Of a stretch of 64,000 bases of DNA, positions 60,814 through 64,000 are shown piece by piece. The translations under genes and the position numbers were made by a program. The notes under the pieces were generated by a model. It was not told the origin of the DNA and did no database searches. It saw only the letters and a list, made by a program, of their open reading frames with translations. The stretch is from Thermoanaerobaculia bacterium (lineage in GTDB: Bacteria > Acidobacteriota > Thermoanaerobaculia > UBA5066): NCBI GenBank assembly GCA_038245905.1, contig JBBRRY010000017.1, positions 7,793 through 71,792 of the forward strand, written 5' to 3'. The stretch's first letter is position 1; every line of letters starts with the position of its first letter.

Positions 60814-61709
60814 CCGCGGAGGTCCTCCTGCGGGTCGGGGCCGTCGTGCTCGCTGTCCTTTTCGCGAGAGGAACGGGGAACCGCGCCGCCACTTTCGCCG
60901 CGGGCGTCCTGGCAGGATTCGCGGTCTTCGGATCGCGCGTCGCGTCCATGCCTTTCAGCGGCGACGCCGCGCTCCTCGCGGCTTGCCTCGTGGTCCTCGT
61001 GGCTCTCGGCGCCGCGCGCGCCTGGCCCCCCATCACCGGTGACGGCGTCGTGGCCGGCTCGGTGGCTGCGGCGGGCGCCGCGTGGGCCGCGGCCGTTTCC
61101 GGCCGCCACCTGCCGGGTTGGCAGGCGCCCGCGCTCGTCGCGATCACCCTGGTCGTCGTTTCCGCTTTCGCGGCGGAAGCCACGCGCGCGAGCGCGGAGG
61201 CGGGCTGGCGCGAGGGGATCGCCTGGACGTCGGCCGCACTCATACCGGTCGCCCTCGCCGCGGCGCTCGCGGGCCTCTTTTCAGGCGTGCCGCGCCGGTT
61301 CGAGCCGCTTGCCGTCGCGGGGATGCTCTTCGTCGCGGTACTCGTCTGGGCCCCCGCGGTGCTCGCCGAGCGCGCGCGGGTCTCGCGCGAGCTCGTGGAG
61401 GAGGTGGCGCTGGGGCTCTTGCCAGAAGAGGACGCCGCCGCGCTGCGCCTTCCGTGGACGCGCGGCTTCGAGAGGAGATTCGGCCGGCCGGACGAGCGCC
61501 GCGAATACGTGAGAAGCGCGCTTCTGCTCGCGGTCGCGCGTCACCAGCAGCGGCACCGTTCCGGCGAGGCCGAGCGACTCCGGCAGCTCGAGGTCCTGAC
61601 GTTTCGGACTCGGCTCCGAAGGACGCAAGACGCGCGCGCGGCGCGTTTCCACACGCGCGTCTCGGGAGAGTTCTCCGCCGAAGAGGCGCCGCGCGAGCCG
61701 GCGCCCTAA
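60810..61709 (+). CDS. hypothetical integral membrane protein (>=6 TM) with Arg-rich cytoplasmic tail
   Basis: hydrophobic helices; ATGA overlap with ribF. Confidence 0.6.
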   Translation: MTAEVLLRVGAVVLAVLFARGTGNRAATFAAGVLAGFAVFGSRVASMPFSGDAALLAACLVVLVALGAARAWPPITGDGVVAGSVAAAGAAWAAAVSGRHLPGWQAPALVAITLVVVSAFAAEATRASAEAGWREGIAWTSAALIPVALAAALAGLFSGVPRRFEPLAVAGMLFVAVLVWAPAVLAERARVSRELVEEVALGLLPEEDAAALRLPWTRGFERRFGRPDERREYVRSALLLAVARHQQRHRSGEAERLRQLEVLTFRTRLRRTQDARAARFHTRVSGEFSAEEAPREPAP

Positions 61710-63751
61710 GGCGCGCCCGGGATGTCTGCCGGCAGGAACGCGCCGTCCCCCGTGCGCTGTCCGGCCGTCCCGCCGTCGTTCACGACCCCATACGCGAGGA
61801 AAGGGTTCGAACCGGAGAGTCTCGTGACGACCGCGTAGGCGTTCTGCAGGCCTGGCGCATAGGACGCGAGAATGGAATTGAACTGTACGAAGCCGCCCGC
61901 GGGAACCTGCCCGGTCGTTACCGTGGTGGCCTTCTGACCGGTCGCCCCGTCGTACAAGTCGATCCGGAACGAGTCTGCGCTGCCGCCCGTGGAACCCGTG
62001 CACACGATTGCGAGGTTCGTTCGGTTCTCGGCGTTCTGCTGAATGCCGTAGATCCACGCGCGCTCGGTCGCCTCGGAGCCCGAGGGCACCGCGGCGGCGA
62101 AGAGGCCGAAGCGGCCCCCGCCGCCCGGCGTCGAGGTGCGGGCTCCCACCCCGATGCTGCGGAGATCGCCGGTCGTGTCGGCGACGACGAGAGGGCCAGC
62201 GAAAACCGGCCCTGCCGCGTCGACGATCGCTCCGCGGTCGCGCAGCGTCTGGACGAAGTTCGGCAGGATCTGCTGCTCGCCGCCTTCGAGCTTGATCAGA
62301 ATGCTCGCCGAGCCCCCGGTCAGAGCCGACGAGAAGAACGTGAGCCGCAGGCCGCGGAGGTTGTTCGAATAGTTCGTGAGGACGAGCTCCGTGGAAAACG
62401 AAGGCGTCTCGACGAGGACCGGAAGCGTCAACGAAGGGATCGCCGAGGTGGCCGAGATCGGAACGGGGGTCACGAAGGAGCCGTCCGAGTTCACCTGGTC
62501 GTTGATCACGCCGTACGTGTAGAAGGGAGCGTTCCCCGCGACGCGCTCGACGAGCACGTAGCCGTTCGTCAGGTTCACGCCTTCAGTGGCGAGAATGCTC
62601 GAGATCTGGCTGAAGCCACCCGGCGGCAGGACGATGTCGGGAAGCGAGTGTTCGAACGTGCTCCCTTTCTCGCCAGAGAACGCCGTGATGCGCAGCGCGA
62701 TGCTGCCCTCCGTGGGGCCACCCGCGTTGAGGACGGCGACGTTCGACCGGTCCGTCTGGTTCTGACGGAGTCCCGGAATCATCACGGGATTGGAGAGGAG
62801 CCTGCTCGGAAGGACGCCCGCGTACGAGAGGCCCGCGCGGCCGCCCGCGATGGAGGTCGTCGTGCGCACGATCGCCGTCCCGGCGTCCGGCGACGAAAGT
62901 CCGGAGAACGCGATTTGGAGCGTGCCGCCCCGGTTGCCCGAGTCGCCGACCGGGAGGCCCACGCTCTTCAGAAATGCGATCGCGTCGGGGACGATCTTCT
63001 GGCGCCCGGCCGCGAGCGTATCCGTCGCGGTGCCGGCCGCTCCGCCGAGTCCTGGCACGGGCACGTAGGAGTAGAGGATCGACGCGTCCGTCGTTCCGCG
63101 GTTCGTGATCGTGAGCTCGGACGTGAAGAACGAGCTGTTTAGTCCGGTCGTCGAGAGAACGATAGGAACCGTGACCCGCGACTCGGGGTTCGCGACGAGG
63201 ATGTCGATGCGCGTGAGCGTCACGTCGACCCGGCCGTCGAACAGGCAGCCAGGGCACGGGGGACCGGAGGTGACGGGAAGATTCCGGTACGTGTAGCTCT
63301 CGAGCGACCCGATGGGCGAGGCCGGTGAAGACGAGGCGAGGGTCTGGCCCGTGCCCGTTCCCGGGACGCCGAGCACGATCGCCTGCCGGAGAATCTGGAG
63401 GGGGCTGAGCACGTCCGTCACGACGGATTGAGATTTCGCCACGAGAGCGCCGAATCCGACCTCGGGGTGTGGCGCGGTCGTGAAGAGGTTCGAGAGGCTC
63501 GTGTTCGGCCCCCCCGTGTCCCGGACGGATGCGAGGAGCGGCGCAAGTGAGGAATGGGCGGCCGCGAGGTCGGTCAGGACCTCGGAGGGCAGGATCGAGC
63601 TGGCCGCGACGTAGGGCGCCGGGGATGCACCGGGTATGGTCATCGTGCCGTACGTGACGTTCACGGAAACCGGGATCAAGGTCTGCGAAACGGCGGGCGC
63701 GGCGGTCAGCGCAAGGGCGGCGACAAGTCCAGCGGCAAGTCGAGGCGACAT
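61706..63751 (-). CDS. large secreted repeat protein (signal peptide; >=3 internal repeats ending GGF.Q.SSILA...YGV.ND)
   Basis: signal peptide MSPRLAAGLVAALALTAAPAVSQ at internal Met; no family assignable. Confidence 0.65.
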   Translation of the reverse strand: MSPRLAAGLVAALALTAAPAVSQTLIPVSVNVTYGTMTIPGASPAPYVAASSILPSEVLTDLAAAHSSLAPLLASVRDTGGPNTSLSNLFTTAPHPEVGFGALVAKSQSVVTDVLSPLQILRQAIVLGVPGTGTGQTLASSSPASPIGSLESYTYRNLPVTSGPPCPGCLFDGRVDVTLTRIDILVANPESRVTVPIVLSTTGLNSSFFTSELTITNRGTTDASILYSYVPVPGLGGAAGTATDTLAAGRQKIVPDAIAFLKSVGLPVGDSGNRGGTLQIAFSGLSSPDAGTAIVRTTTSIAGGRAGLSYAGVLPSRLLSNPVMIPGLRQNQTDRSNVAVLNAGGPTEGSIALRITAFSGEKGSTFEHSLPDIVLPPGGFSQISSILATEGVNLTNGYVLVERVAGNAPFYTYGVINDQVNSDGSFVTPVPISATSAIPSLTLPVLVETPSFSTELVLTNYSNNLRGLRLTFFSSALTGGSASILIKLEGGEQQILPNFVQTLRDRGAIVDAAGPVFAGPLVVADTTGDLRSIGVGARTSTPGGGGRFGLFAAAVPSGSEATERAWIYGIQQNAENRTNLAIVCTGSTGGSADSFRIDLYDGATGQKATTVTTGQVPAGGFVQFNSILASYAPGLQNAYAVVTRLSGSNPFLAYGVVNDGGTAGQRTGDGAFLPADIPGAP

Positions 63752-63815
63752 GTGTGTGCTCCTGGTTTGGGAGTGCATCGCGCCGGACCTTTCCCACGGG
63801 CCCGCACCGGAAACC

Positions 63816-64000
63816 TCAGACGCGCGGGCCGTCCGCATCCCAGAGGGTCGTTTCCCCGAACGACTCCAGCACGGGCTGGATGAGTTTCGCGTCGCCGACC
63901 GCAACCAGAATGCCGGTTGAAGGGTCGAAGAACTCCTGCGCGGTCCGGAATGCCTCTTCCCGCGAGACCGCCTGGACACGGTCCCGCCAAGTGGCCCACT
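63816..64000 (-). CDS. C-terminus of M16-family (insulinase-like) zinc peptidase, 3'-partial at window end
   Basis: frame reads ...EEAFRTAQEFFDPSTGILVAVGDAKLIQPVLESFGETTLWDADGPRV*. Confidence 0.4.
   Translation of the reverse strand, partial: WATWRDRVQAVSREEAFRTAQEFFDPSTGILVAVGDAKLIQPVLESFGETTLWDADGPRV

Overview
The window is a ~70% GC bacterial chromosome segment whose lineage I cannot determine from the sequence; I cannot run a homology search. Most of it is ordinary core-genome content, and the two observations I consider possibly undescribed are a planted-looking family of AT-rich pyrimidine/purine elements inside essential genes and a mixed His/Trp leader-peptide attenuator.

**Layout, 5' to 3':**
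- **1-15.4 kb:** an almost complete S10-spc-alpha ribosomal superoperon, rplD through rplQ, on the + strand with tight translational coupling. It includes secY, adk, map, infA, rpmJ and rpoA, and ends in a bidirectional rho-independent terminator.
- **15.5-21.7 kb:** a minus-strand response regulator-acpS pair, a FecR-like secreted protein with an aromatic-rich domain, def, a REC-GAF regulator and cysS.
- **21.7-37.4 kb:** one 14-gene, translationally coupled aro-his-trp supraoperon. It has four gene fusions (aroD-aroE, hisZ-hisG, hisF-hisI-hisE, trpC-trpF) and is preceded by a candidate 13-codon His/Trp leader peptide and an attenuator hairpin.
- **37.4-41.8 kb:** two paralogous helical-repeat proteins flanking a RodZ-like gene, then a DnaJ-TPR protein and a PP2C phosphatase.
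- **41.7-64 kb:**
  - DNA-repair and envelope genes: a DinG/XPD helicase with an N-terminal PD-(D/E)xK-like nuclease domain, dacB, an NAD epimerase, mpg.
  - Signalling genes: a low-GC GGDEF gene paired divergently with a SpoIIE phosphatase, a DUF4388 gene coupled to a GAF-GAF-GGDEF cyclase, a hybrid histidine kinase.
  - Metabolic and translation-related genes: gcdH, asnS, rimO, ribF.
  - Unassigned proteins: a membrane protein, a large secreted repeat protein, and a partial M16 peptidase C-terminus.

**Main anomaly:** a family of at least 22 short AT-rich, polypyrimidine/polypurine elements with core TTCTAAGAA / TTCTTAGAA. They occur mostly in-frame inside essential coding sequences, in both orientations, and are concentrated in the aro-his-trp supraoperon. 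They resemble the 16S rRNA 3' tail (CCUCCUUUCUAAGGA) or its Shine-Dalgarno-like complement.

No rRNA or tRNA genes, CRISPR arrays, transposases or integrases were found. Coordinates derived from the flat-file text may be off by 1-2 nt in places.
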